The notes under the pieces are model-generated. The model was not told the DNA's origin. It worked only from the letters and a program-made list of their open reading frames with translations, and did not search any database. Below, piece after piece: positions 14,265 to 27,357 of a stretch of DNA of 64,000 nucleotides (positions are counted from its first letter, which is position 1; every line of letters begins with the position of its first letter). The position numbers and the translations under genes are program-made. The stretch is from Azolla caroliniana (Eukaryota > Plantae > Polypodiophyta): the NCBI GenBank assembly GCA_043228905.1, contig JBHGNT010000014.1, forward strand, positions 18,228,001-18,292,000. Reading direction: 5' to 3'.

Positions 14265-14272
14265 GAATATCC
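14265..14272. promoter_or_regulatory. P1BS-like motif (GNATATNC) next to the probable TSS of the MYB-CC gene
   Basis: GAATATCC, followed by GATATAAG, a GAA-rich leader and a CAG|GTACC donor near 14387; further matches at 12426-12433 and 12940-12947. Confidence 0.4.
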
Positions 14273-15773
14273 TGATATAAGACCACTCAGAAGAAACAGA
14301 AAAAGAAGAAGAAGAAGAAGAAGAAGGGAAGCTCCTGTGTTGTGAGAACATTAAATATTACATTAAGATTGAAAACAATCTCCACAGGTACCTCTAAATT
14401 CATCAACCAGACACCCTAAATTTGTTTTCTTTTCCCTGTCAAATGAAATCAATCATCTGTTACTTCATATGAGAAAGGATGCGTTTGCTTTTTCTGATTG
14501 ATAAGAGCTTGCTTTTTTTTTTGGGGGGGGGGGGGGGGGTGGTGTTGTGATTCTAGAGAAGGATTTCTTCTAATTTCAAGCTCACATCCTTGATTATATG
14601 AAACGTTTGATTTTCTTTGCTATCTCTGGTCGAGAAAGAGATTCCTTTTTATTGTTCTTTTCTGATCAAGAAAATTGTGTATCTCCTTATTCTTTAATTT
14701 AGGGGAGCTTCTTTCAATTTCTCTGTTTTTCTTCCTACTACTTCTTTTCTTCTTTGATTAGATATGCAACTTGTAGATTCTTTTGCTTATTCTTGTAATT
14801 TTTTAAAATTTGATGCTTGCTTCTTTCTGACTTAGAAGTGATTATCTTCTTCTTCTTTATTGCTGTTTCTATTTTAATTAGAAGAGCCCCTTGATTTTGG
14901 CGTATTCTTCTTATTCATTTTTCTCTGATTTAGGGGAGAATAGGATTCTACCCCAGACTACCATTTTGTTCCTAAGGAGTTTTATCCTCGTGAAACATTT
15001 CCTAGTTTTGAACCCTAGTACTGTTCTGCATCTCATATTGATCCCACAAACTTTTTCTAGTAATCCTTCAGCGGCAGGTTATGCTGAATCATGGTCAACA
15101 CTAAATCTGTTATTCCCCAAGCTAATTGTATACATGTCATTAGCATTCCGCCTTCATCACGCTTGCAAATCTGCTGAGGTTGTAGGGATCATGACCATAG
15201 GTTCTTTTGATCTATTGTTGCAACTATCTCAACATTGAGTCTGAGAATGATGTCCAAAAATTTCTGTATCGTTTCAGGATCTTTAACTTGCTTTCCGCAT
15301 CGTAAAGCTTGTTGATTTTTTTCCTTAGTTTTTACTACACACGGTTTCTAAAGACAACTCTTCGGAGTAAAAGAATTTCTGCTTGTTTTACTGAAAAAGC
15401 AATTCATAATGTTTTTATTTAGTTAGTTTATTTATTTATTGTGACTTTTGAGTACAAATGCTTCCTAAAGGCTTATGCACACAGTGAAACACTGGGAAAA
15501 AACAATTCATAATCTATAAAAAATGGTTTTCTGTGCAAGCTGTTTTCATAATTTTTTATTAGCGTTCTGTTTAAATATTCAAATATTTAATGTTTATTTT
15601 AAATCCTTCGACCTTAAACCTTCTCTGATTATGTATATTATATTCAAATAAATTGTTTTGTTCCAATTTTATTTTAATTGATGTATTGGAAGTTTTGTTA
15701 AAATTTTCCTTCTTTATGCAATGTAGGATATGTGTATGTAAATCCACACCTTCAGATCCATTTTCTTCATCAG

Positions 15774-17912
15774 ATGATGAAAGAATTAGGTTTTACTCAT
15801 GAAATAATGCAAGAATCTTTTGTTAGTGGTCATGGATCATTGACTCTTTCAACGGATCCAAAACCAAGATTGCGATGGACAGCTGATCTCCACCGTCGAT
15901 TCGTGAATGCCGTCGCTCACCTTGGAGGACCTGAAAGTAAGAGTTATTCTTCCTCGAGGAATCAATTGATGATGGATGATTTTAATCACTTCCTTAATCC
16001 AGTTGATTAGTCATTATTTTAGCTGTGGATGATTACATGCGACCTTAATGCTGGTGCATACATTTTAATCATTGGAAATAATTCATGGTGAGAGACTTAA
16101 TGGGGATTATCCAGTGTGCATCACTTCTGTATTGTTTTTCAATCTTAATGAAGTCGATCATTTCATTTGATTTTTTGCCAGCTTGATAGAGATTTTTGGG
16201 AAATGAATGATGAAATAATTATATATTGCTTACATCAATTTGCCGACATTGCTTTTATTTATTTATTGGAAATCTTGAATGTCTATATTGGTGACATTAA
16301 TTTGTGAATAACTAGTGAAGGGTTCTCTGCAGAGGCAACACCTAAGTCAGTCATGAAGGTGATGAATGTCAGAGGTCTCACCTTATACCATCTCAAGAGT
16401 CATCTTCAGGTTAGCTAGTGTATATGTAATGTATCAAGTTAGATATACATACATTATACATACATCATGCATGCATGCAGATATGTAATCAATGTTTAGT
16501 TTGAACTATATTTTATATAGAAATATCGCCTTGGGAAACAACCACATAGAGAAGTAGCCACACCAGACACCACAAAATCTGGTAATTATATCTTTATTCA
16601 ATGTTTGAAGAATCAAAATGTACTTTCAAAGGCGAACAATTCTCTAATATTGTTGAAGTGAACAAGAGATTCAGTAGCATGTGGAAGTCCTACCTCTATG
16701 ACAGCAGTCCAAAACACTATATCAAACCAAAATGATTTAGGGTAAGAAATTTTGTCCACTCTTCATTATTTTGAATCAATGAATAGGGCTTTTGACATTT
16801 TGTTTTGTTTTGTTTCGTATGATTAAAATTTTCTAGCAATGCTCCGATTGCTGAAGCATTACGGCTTCAAATGGAAGTACAACAAAGGCTTCATGACCAA
16901 TTGGAGGTGAGCATTTTTTATCATGTGATGTTTTTTAAAACCTTTGGTAGCTTACTATGGCTTATCCGTTTCAATTCTTCCTGTGAAGGTTCAACGACTC
17001 TTGCAAATGCGTATAGAAGCACAAGGCCGCTACTTACAATCCATTCTCGAGAAAGCTCAGCAGACTCTTGCTGGCCAAGTAGTTGCAAGCGATGGCCTTG
17101 ATACTGCTCAAGCTGAGCTCTCAGCCTTAGCAACCAAGCTTCCAAACAAATGCTTAACGAACTTGGACTTAGCCATGAAAGTTTCAACCAAATGCTTAAT
17201 AAACTCAGACCTACCACTAGGAACTCTTGTTGACCGGCGGACATTATGTCCTGAAGTAACAGAATGCTCTCCTGATAGTTGCCTAACACACAGTACCAGT
17301 GAGCGATCGGAGACGATCGGTTCCAAGGATTACTATCAAAGCGTGGATACAAAGAGACCAAGATTATTTCTTCGAGATTCTGAACCAAAAATCGATAGGA
17401 GAAATGCCCAAGAGGATATGAAGCAAAATAAACACATTATTAATGTGCGATCTGAGACCACTGTTTCCAAGGATTTCTATCACAATATAGATACAAAGAC
17501 AGCAAGGCTGTTTTTTGGAGATTCTGAAGCGAAAAATAATGAAGATGATATTAAGCAAAAAAATGGAGCTAACATTGAAAGGGATAGATGGTCCTCTTTA
17601 GATGAAAGGTTATCGTCGAGCACATCGTCATGTGTGTGGACACATGAAAGCGAGTGTGAACCATTGGAAAGGATTGAAAGAGTTATGGGTAAAGGAAATC
17701 CAGCATTTCGAAGTGTTTGTTATGTCGAAAGGCCTGAACCGAGGAAAGCTGGTTTATCTATTGAACAAGTTACAAGTTTGTCCGCAGGACAAGAAGAGAA
17801 TATAGCTACGCAGCTTCCAAATAGAGTTTCGCATTGGAATCCAAAATTAGGAGGAAAGACATTAGACTTGAACACAAATAATGATGGAGATCAAACCTGG
17901 GATGAAGCCTAA
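15774..17912 (+). CDS. MYB-CC (GARP/G2-like) PHR1-like transcription factor, PHL/MYR/APL group
   Basis: Exons ~15774-15936 (start uncertain; acceptor at 15726), 16333-16409, 16521-16581, ~16669/16675-16741, 16837-16906 and 16989-17912, with GT-AG borders in consistent phase. MYB domain [62 protein letters not shown]; coiled coil [50 protein letters not shown] motif; C-terminal LDLN. Confidence 0.95.
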
Positions 17913-19779
17913 GTAGGCCGTGTTCATACAATTCTTTGAGGAAATAAATCTGCTATGGAGGATAACCATGCTAAGCTTTTTGTTTTCTTTGTAGGTCTTT
18001 GTATCAAACAAAACCTCTCTTTCCAAACGCTAATTAATTATATTCTTATATTCGAATGGCACTCTGAAATCAATCCTCAAACCTGGAATGTTGTATAAGG
18101 TGGGATTCAATGGGTGTTTAAGCATTACACATTTTTTTATTTTTTTATGAATTCCTATATTTGTGAGAATAATGAAGTTTGTCGTCCTAGCTCTGGTTGT
18201 TTGATATGGAATTTCACAGTTAGTCATGGATGGTGCCTTGGTGTGGTCTCACCATAACACAGTAGCTGATTTCTCTTTAATGTTTTGATGAATGTTTTTA
18301 CAATTATATAATTTTACTTCATTTCTAAAAGATTAACCTCTAGTGCAAAAGTATCATGTTTCAAAATTATGAAAGCAATGTGAAATTATTCTCATCACAT
18401 GAGGAACAAGTGAGCAATTGCATACAAGGACATGACCTAGATTTACCCACAATAGGCAATTTCAAAAGATATGTCTCAAAGTTTAACCAGTACTTTAGAC
18501 GTATTGTTTTGTACCTTAAAAACTCTCTTAGATGGTAGAGTAACATACATTTGATGAATATATTCCCGACTAGGAATATAAGAAAAACAATCATCTCTAT
18601 TATTCTTGTCTTTTTTTAGCTACCACAATCCACTACCGGAAAACCACGTTCTTTCATTATAACTAAATAAATAGAAGAATTTGTATTCATGAACTTTGAC
18701 TGCACATCAAACTTTAGCTATTCCACGCCCAAATAAATTCATAGTCCTCCATAGATCTCTCTTAGGAAGGAGACATATATCAAGAACACATGTATACTTT
18801 GGTCCGATAGGTCAAAATTGGCCTCTTTATGGACGATAAAAATTCTAATTCTAATTCTAATTAGTGCACTTTTTGGCTCATATATCAAAACAATTCATTC
18901 TAACCACCATACAAAGCTTAGATATGAATTTGATCTGCCACTATAGGATACAATGTGACATGCTCTATGTATATATTACTCCACGGATTTGTCTCAGCTC
19001 ACTCTTTGGCAGATATATCCATGAAATAACTTATTCATGGACTAGTAAAAAGATACAATATTCTTTGTTACTCAGTGCCTGCTTGCATTAGCTTTATCCA
19101 GTATATGAGTCGATGAAATCAAACTATGACTTTCTTATTCAGATTACTGCATAAACCACTTTGCTTAAACAATAGCTCACTACATTGAATATGGTGACGA
19201 ACAAAGTCAAAAGAAGACATAAATCATCACCGACAAATGCCCAATCAGATTTCATGCATGTGTAATAAACTGCAAATAAACCAAAATGTTTTCATCCAGA
19301 AATCACCAATCGTGCTTACAGCTTTCTTATGAATACAGCAAAATCCAAGTCAAGTAGAATTTACCATAACCAAGATAGATTCTAAGACTGAATTCAATCC
19401 ATCAAATTTACAGTGTTAGCTTGTCTAGCCATTACTAAAAGTAGACTTCCAAACTTCCTCTTAATATGATTTCCTTAGCCAAGAATAACACAACTCACAC
19501 AACCAATTAATTAAGGTAAATGTCCAATCACATGATCTGACTCCCCTTGATTCATGCAAGCAAGATGACCTGTGTGCTCCTCTATTACAGACTGACTGAA
19601 CCACGTTGTCTCGGCAACCTAGTATTGCAGTTATCCATTTCCTTTTGTGGCTTCCACAATGGTATCAGAATGCGGCTTGCAAAAGGGCTAGTGCACAAAA
19701 TACTACATGGTTGCAGAAATGCTGAAAGAGTTGGGCAGGTCATGCACATCACTTTGTCGAGATAACGACTCAAAAAGAG

Positions 19780-20082
19780 TTTGGGATTTAGGTTATGTTT
19801 TAACTTCAATGCTTTGGGTTCTAGGTTTCAGGGTTTTAAATTTTAGGTTTTTAAGGGTTTCGGGGTTACGGTGGTTGGCGGTTACTGCATTGAGTTTGTG
19901 ATTAGAAATTAGAGTTTAGTGCTTAGGGTTTTGGGTTTGGGTTTAAAATTTCAGATTTGAGCTGAAGGGTTAATTATACGATTAGGATGTAGGGCTTTAT
20001 ATGGGGGGTAGGGATTTAGGGTCTGCCTATAGGATTCGGTATTTGAGGGTTTTTGGATTCAGGGCGTATGATTTACGGTTTT
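19780..20082. repeat. Degenerate telomere-like (TTTAGGG-variant) tract
   Basis: Successive ~7-bp variants: TTTAGGT, TTCAGGG, TTAAGGG, TTCGGGG, CTTAGGG, TTTTGGG, TGTAGGG, TTTAGGG, TTTGAGGG. Confidence 0.8.
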
Positions 20083-23000
20083 CTAAGGCTTTGGCCTCTG
20101 TTGCAGCTGCTGCAAAAGAGCAGCCGCAAGCTCTAATGTTGCTTGGAATCTTTTGCCATCTTCTGCCGAACCCCCTGCATTAGCTTCAGAAAGCTTCCGT
20201 TGAGCGAGCTCAAGGAGCTCACGCTGCTCTTCATCATCGGCACCACCGCCCATATTATTCCGAGAATACTGTGAAGGAGGCTGTGAGGAAGTTGACATTA
20301 CAGAACTGAAATTTGAGAGGGATGCACCCGACAGTTGCTGAGATTGAGTATTAACAAGTGGTTGCAAATGCTCATGCAAATGTTGAGTTTGTTGGGTTTG
20401 TTGAGCCGTAAGAGACAGAAGCTGTGATAACTGATCAGATTGGATAGTTGGTATGACTTGAGAGGGCTTTTGTTGTTGGGTGCTAGGGTGTGGATACTGA
20501 GGAAGAGGTGGGGGCTGACGAGGATAACTAGGAGCAGTGGTTAAATTTTGCCCTATATCTTTCACTTGATGATTGTAGTTCTGACTTGATGATGGATACC
20601 CTGGTGGGTTGGAGATGGTTGCATTTGAAGGCAATTGTTGCATGCCCAGTTCTGGCAAAGATAGTTCTGCAGTTGTAGGGGCAAGACTAAAACCTCCTCT
20701 TAATGAACTGGATTGCTGCGGGGGACCATATCCCGGAGGTAGATTCGGTGCCCAAGTCTCATCCACACTCAATCCAGGGTTTTGGAAAGATCCAAGAGCA
20801 TTATCATTAAAACCACCCCCACCAGATGGAGGTCCAATTATAGGGGAATAACTTGAATTGGATGATGGTACATGCTGCGGCAGGAGAGAGTGAGAGGTCA
20901 CACTGTCACTTGGATTGAATGTCGGTAACCGAACCTCGGGAGCTCTATGACTAGGGTTTTGATATGTCACTTCATGTGTCCGAGCTTCAAGAGCTCCATG
21001 ATTAGGATTTTGATATGTCACTTCAGGTACTATATTGGTTGATATTAATCTCTCTGCCTTCATTGGAGGTTGAATACTAGCTTGCTCTGCTGCTGAAGAA
21101 GAGAAAGGTTGTTGTAGCTTCAGCATTACACCGATGATGCCATTACTTCTCGATGCTTTTAGAAAGTGTTCAACAAACTCTGATGGTGGGACTAGAAATA
21201 AAGTGCATTCCTGTGATAGCTTGCAGACTGCAGCTCTGTTCTTCTCTGAAAGGTATGCTATAAAATCTTGATATGGCTCCACATCATGCTCTCCAAGTGG
21301 CACAAATGAGACCAGAGAAAATTCACCCACTTCATTGATATGCTTTGCGAGCATTTCCAGACTGGTTCGTGCAGTGCAATTCACAGACTCTGGTCTGCAT
21401 TTGCAATATACAATTAGTTATCAAATTCAATTGTAACATGGATATATCTAATTAAGACTAGATCCTAAGCTCTAACCAACTTTCATTGAAAAGAATTAAC
21501 TTCATGGTTAGTTTAAACTTACAAAGACACATTGCCAACACTGCCGATAGCATAACATCTAGCATGACAAACTATTGTGCCGCTTTTTGCAATGATGCCT
21601 TGCCATTGGAAACTCTCCTTCACCCCATGATCCACGGGCTGTGCATGATGAACCCAATCAGGCCTTGAAAGATCCATATTATACCCAGGCAAAGGCTGCC
21701 TTCTTCCTTGCAAAAACCGATTTGAACCTTCTTGATCTCCCCAACTTTCCACTTGATTATTATTCAAGATATCCATCTTGGGAAGGTAACCGTCCATTGG
21801 ACCCCGAATGGGGTTGTTTAGATTCGCTCCAGGCCTTGGTCTCTTGGGATCCCTCCTACCTGAACCTTCATCATGGATGTTCCATCTCTCATCTATATGG
21901 GGTGGTGCATGTCTAGGTTGAATAAATCCTCCTCCAGGTAAGGTTCGACTTGGCCACATATCCATTTCAGCATTCCGAATATAGTTTCTTTCTTGTCTCA
22001 TATCTCTATCCATGCCATCTCGGAATCCTGAATCATAACGTGTTCCTGGAAAGAACATGTTTGCTTCATTAATCCCACCTTCCAAATGCCTCCGAGGATT
22101 GGGACTGTGAGTTCTACTGGAGTCAAGGTTCAAATACCGATCATTTCTAGGATTAACAAAGCCTCCTGGTTTTGGGAGCAATGCAGAGGGCAATTCTCTT
22201 ATTGGTTGCGGAGGTGAGAGAATGGGCCCAGATGACCTTCCATGATGTTCAACAGGTCCAACCTCACTCTTTGAAAAGCTAATACTCACACGTGGGTCAT
22301 TAAAGAGTTTCCCTTGTAGTACATTCTTTGCTCTAGCAGCAGCTTTAACACTGTGGAACTCTACAAACGCATAGGTTCGTCCAGGAAATGTTGTTATTCG
22401 TTTGATGCCACCAAAAGGAGAAAAAGCCTTGTCGAGCTTCCTTTCATCCATTTTCATGCACAAGGGAAATCCTACCCATAAGGTTTCACTTGGCTCATCC
22501 CTATCCCTTTTCGATCTTTCAAAGGCTTTTGCAGAACCAGCCTCAGTATGCCCTTGATCTTGAGGAGCTTCACCTTCATCTCCCCAATGATGCCCCTCAC
22601 TTCTGATACCCTATTATTAAATAAAACAAGAAGACGCATTCAATATTCAAGATACTACTTCCTTCAAAAATGTGTGCATCCATAGAGAAGCAACAAATCC
22701 TATATGCTTAGTACAAAAAATGGAAATTTATGTCGCTAGTCTTCTGATGGCATAGCATTTAAATAACGTAAATAAATACAAAACACTGAATAAAAATGAA
22801 AATATTCTAAAAAGGCATACAATAGAAATAATCACAAAGAGCAAATTGTAATGCCTATACTTGATCATTTTCATATAGATTGTCTTTAGAAAAGTTAATA
22901 TCATATAGCAATCACCAAAGACAGTCCTATGCCAAAGACTCACCCCTCTTGCAAACTCTATTCTCAATGCCATTCCTCCAAGAACAGTGCCCTGAAGACC

Positions 23001-26000
23001 TTTCTTGGCATATATTGCATCATCCATAGACTTGAAATTCACAAATGCATAGTTCCTTGATGGATAGTCTGCAACATTCTCGAGATCTCCAAACCTTGAA
23101 AATTGTTCAGAAAGTTCTTCTTTTGTCACAGATGTAGCTACATTTCCAACCCATAAGTGGCGTGATGGAGGTCTTTCTTGTTCTTCTACTTTCTCTGTGG
23201 ATGCTTTCGCAGATGTTTGCCGGTCCTGATCTTCAGTCTCCTTTGGCTGTTCTTCAGATGGATTTCTTTCCTGAATCAAGCATTAATTTTGTCAACAAGT
23301 ACTTAAAAATGGTAGCAAGTACTTTACAAACTATCATTTCATACTCTGCAAGTAAATAATATTCATAATACTCTCCATGTATCTATCTATATACCTATCT
23401 CTCCCCATATTTACAGCATCTTTGTGATAACATATGACTCAGAAAGCTGCATGTGGGATACACGTTGATTACAAGGCTTTTTTCCATTTATGCTTGCCAT
23501 TATGACTATCTGCTTTCACTCTTGAATCCAATGGCAATTTCTTGATCTTATATGATATACAACTGAAGATATTTGCTTTTGACAAGAGGCCTCTATGTAC
23601 GTTGCTTCAAATCACAGGCTGACATTCACTTCAACTAACAGGTCTAAATAAAACTTGAGATGTTTGGATTAATAATGGATATTAGTGCGATGCATTAACG
23701 CAGTGAATCTTCAACCACATAGTTAACTAATATATTTGCCTGTTGAACTACAAAGTATGCTAAGCATACAGACGGTTATAATGACATCTGGCAGATCAAT
23801 TGATCACTAAGCTTCATGCCATGTGAAAGTCGATAAATTCAAAGTTCAGAGATGACCCATGTTATAAAATATGCAACGTTATCTGTCAAAGTTCATTGCC
23901 AAATTGTTCATTTCCACACTTAGTTTTACCATGACATCACATTGATATTAACCCCTAACATGTGATGCAAAAAGCCAAGCTCTTGTCAATGTGTTCACTC
24001 TACAACAGGATCTATATGTTACGCTTTAATGTACATGAAAGGCGTATTTTTTCTTCTCTGGCAGCAAATCTGTCACAACTTGTAAAGCATATCACCAAAG
24101 TTTCAGTGCTACATGTATGATACCACATTTGCAAATTTAGGGTGACTTTGATCCATACTTTTCTAGACTTCAATGGGTGCCATACAGAAAAAAGTAGTCC
24201 CAATAGAGGTAATCTGATATTAACACATATAATGCAGAAATCTATAGACCACAGCATATATGGCAGAAGTTTATCGACCACAGCATATCTTGCAGAAATC
24301 TGTAGGACTGCAGTATTTATTGTTATCAGTTCAGTAGGGATGCTGAATCAAGTGTAATGTGAAACAAAGGTCTTCTGACTATCAGATATGAAGATGGGGA
24401 TGCAAACAATGGGTTCTTTGTCAGTTAAAAAATAGTTATCCTGTCGCAAGGCGTATAATATATCTTACACATCTAGATTAAACCAATCTCTCCTCTTGCA
24501 CACTTGACCTGGTAAAGTTCTAACGTAAATATTGAACAACTCCAAGCAGCAGCTCAGCCTATTTTACATGAGAAGGTGCAAGTGTAATGCCATGAAAAAG
24601 ATCTTCTGTCATTTCCGTGATTAGGAATTACCTTCTGCAATAACTTAATAAAATCCCGTAGAAAGATTTTACAGCCACGTGGATAACAAAATACTAGTCT
24701 ATAAACTGACCTTCCTAGGTATCGTAGCCCTAGCGAATATATAGTGTATATCCCTACATACTGTGACACGTATGAAAAATTCCAGGAGTCTGAAAAGTAC
24801 TTCATACTACCATGCACAAATGGATTTGGAGGACAATTCACATGTAGAAACAATGATCCAGATGGTGGCAGTGCTGATTTGCATTGTTGCTCTGTAGTGT
24901 AGGATCAGGAATCTGACATTATTGCACATATTTTAAACATCTAGGAGATCATAAAGGCTATCATAGACATGTATTGGGGATGCCCTATTGAGTGTACTAC
25001 CATGCCATGCATCGTATCTTCTGACTTCCAAATAAATACCCCAAATTTCTAGAAGACAAGCCCCTGGCAAGAAAAAACCATCGAAAATTCACACTATATT
25101 GTACACGTTCAAAGCATTTGAACTTTTTGAGTTTGAATAATCACAGTTTATTGCATCTTTCTATCATGTATGAAACAATTGCTGTTTTCATACTTTCGCA
25201 CATGCATGCAGTTTACCCAGACTTCTTTACACGTAATCATTTGCCAATACCTCCATGCAGGTATGCATTCACTGATACTCTGTACGTACATGCCCAAAAT
25301 ATAATTAGGATATGAGAAAACTATGGTGTGCAGAATCTATAAGCAGAGCACATAATACAGATTCTACTGGAGTGTCATGTGGGAAGCTACAGACCTGATG
25401 GTTCATCTGAAGGTAGTAATGCTCTTAGGGATGTAATACGATTCAAAGGGTCTGCTGACTCCGAGATAATTCATTAGGTGTGAATGCAAGGCTTGCCGAA
25501 AAGGCTATTGAGCCCCTTTCATGCATTAAAACTTTAACAACGCAATTGGTTTTTATTGGCGTGACATTCTACAAAGCGTACTCACACAAGACTATTGGAA
25601 TGTTACAAATTTCAACCAGTCAAAGGGTTTTTTTATCATGTGTAATGTAATGCAGGTGGGTTTTCTGACTCGCCAAATAATAATATGGGCATGAAACCAA
25701 GCAAATTCCATCTTGACAAGCCTATTAAGTTTCTTTCTCAAACTCTGAGATGCTAGATTTCAATACAAGAGAAGGGCATTTGTGAGCATCTATGCTAATA
25801 TAAGCATAACATGGCATGTGCCGATACTACTTTTGAAACTGCATTGTATTCTCTTTGAAAACTAAAAACTAAATCAGGATTACGCCCACAGTCACAACAT
25901 TAAGAGTTTGTTGATTCGTCATTGGAACTCTCGACACCTTTTTTTCACCACCATAGAATTTGTGGTACCAACAGTTCTGTGCCATATCAGTGTGGATTAT

Positions 26001-26718
26001 CATATACTCTTGCATATGATTGGGTTAATGGTACAACAGAGGACTTCCATAAATCTCCAAAATTGTTTCACTGCCCCATAACATTTTGAATCAATAACTG
26101 CCACATAAAAAAGGATTGGCATACCTCTTCAAGAATATGATCCACCCCGAATTACTTAGAAATTTTTGATAGGTTAGCAACGACTTACACCCCTAAATAT
26201 AGAGTATATCCTAAGGACTGGTATACTATTGTTAGTTTCGAGCCTATCTTCTATTGCAAAGTTCAAGGGGGGAAATAAACATATCTAAAGCACCCAAAAT
26301 CGTAACAAATCTTTCTTGCGTTGGTATTTAAATGATACAACCCCTACCCCTTCAAATAATAAATCAAAAACTGTTTTTTAATACATCACAATGACTTACG
26401 CCACATCAATACGTAATTCTGTCCAGATATGCATTTCAAATCTAGTGTAAGGTTAGAACAGAGTTCTTGATAACAACTGAAACCCATCTTCCATTGAAAT
26501 CTTTGAGAAGGAGTAAAACTATACCCAAAGCTTACCAAATCATTTCCTTCCCGGTTGTTCTCTCACCTTTAACCCATATCCATCTTTCAAATTCATTCAT
26601 CCACATAAGAAAAAAACTAATTGCAAAGACAATGACAATGAAAGAAAGAAAATAGAAATTTGCAAGTGCTGACCGTTATGGTTGGGCTGCTTTGTTTGTC
26701 CTCCTCTTGAGATGCCAT
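20083..26718 (-). CDS. FPA-like: FPA-like Spen-family RNA-binding protein (2 RRM + SPOC; closest in layout to At4g12640), ~923 aa
   Basis: Exons 26718-26674 (MASQEEDKQSSPTIT|gtcag), 23270-22944, 22610-21523 and 21394-20083 have GT-AG borders and total 2772 nt in frame. RRM1 PPSRHLWVGNV...RNYAFVNF; RRM2 EPSETLWVGFP...FPGRTYAFVEF; SPOC WQGIIAKSGTIVCHARC...LPESVNCTART...TLFLVPPSEF; C-terminal KRFQATLELAAALLQQLQQ. Confidence 0.93.
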
Positions 26719-26807
26719 ATTTATGTGTGCGTGTGTGTGTATAAATACCCTCAACAGGATCGACCGGAAACAGATAACAAAATGAAAGAACGTGTCTCAA
26801 AAGGTTC

Positions 26808-26846
<39 letters not shown>

Positions 26847-27095
26847 ATTGTCTTCTCCCCTTTCTTCACTGTTGGTCTCTCTGCTCGGCTCTGTTGTTTT
26901 CTCTGATGCACACTCGGGTGAGACAAGTTTTGTTCTGTCTTCGTGTGATTCAGGGGAGGAAAAGAGCACCTAATTTCCAAAAACAGAGACCAGATTTGGG
27001 ATCAGACTTGTCTCTATGTGGCTCGCTTAGGCTGCGCTGCGTGCGTCTGTGCAGGTCTGCAGGTCTGCAGGTGCGCGTGTGTGAGAGACTCTGAG

Positions 27096-27104
27096 AAACC
27101 CTAA
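27096..27104 (+). promoter_or_regulatory. Telo-box (AAACCCTAA) near the FPA-like TSS/5' UTR
   Basis: Exact AAACCCTAA ~380 bp upstream of the ATG, next to a CT-rich leader. Confidence 0.5.
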
Positions 27105-27160
27105 AATCGGAAAGAGAGGAGAAGATGAAGAAAAAGGTTTTCTATGGGGAAGACAAAAGC

Positions 27161-27304
27161 TGTCCGCGTTCACACCTGGGCGGACACTTCCTGAGCCGTT
27201 TTGTCCGCGCTACCACCTGGGGCCAGTCATTTTTGTCCGCTTTCACACTTGGGCGGACGACACTTTGCTGCCCAGTTTTCATCCGCTTTCACACCTGGGC
27301 GGCT
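27161..27304. repeat. Array of four ~26-bp palindromic repeats with unrelated spacers in the FPA-like promoter
   Basis: Consensus TGTCCGC(G/T)TTCACACCTGGGCGGAC at ~27161, 27202, 27234 and 27281. Confidence 0.8.
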
Positions 27305-27357
27305 CTCGCTCTCCTACATGCCCTCGTTGCCCAAACCAATCTCGAGTTACCTGGGGG

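Noticed and set aside
14891-15238. 115-aa ORF or extra exon/uORF in the MYB-CC leader intron
   Set aside because: Possible splice sites (GCAG at ~15077) but no homology or support without cDNA
27161-27304. CRISPR array
   Set aside because: Eukaryotic context, only four degenerate repeats, short unequal spacers and no cas genes; kept only as a promoter repeat finding
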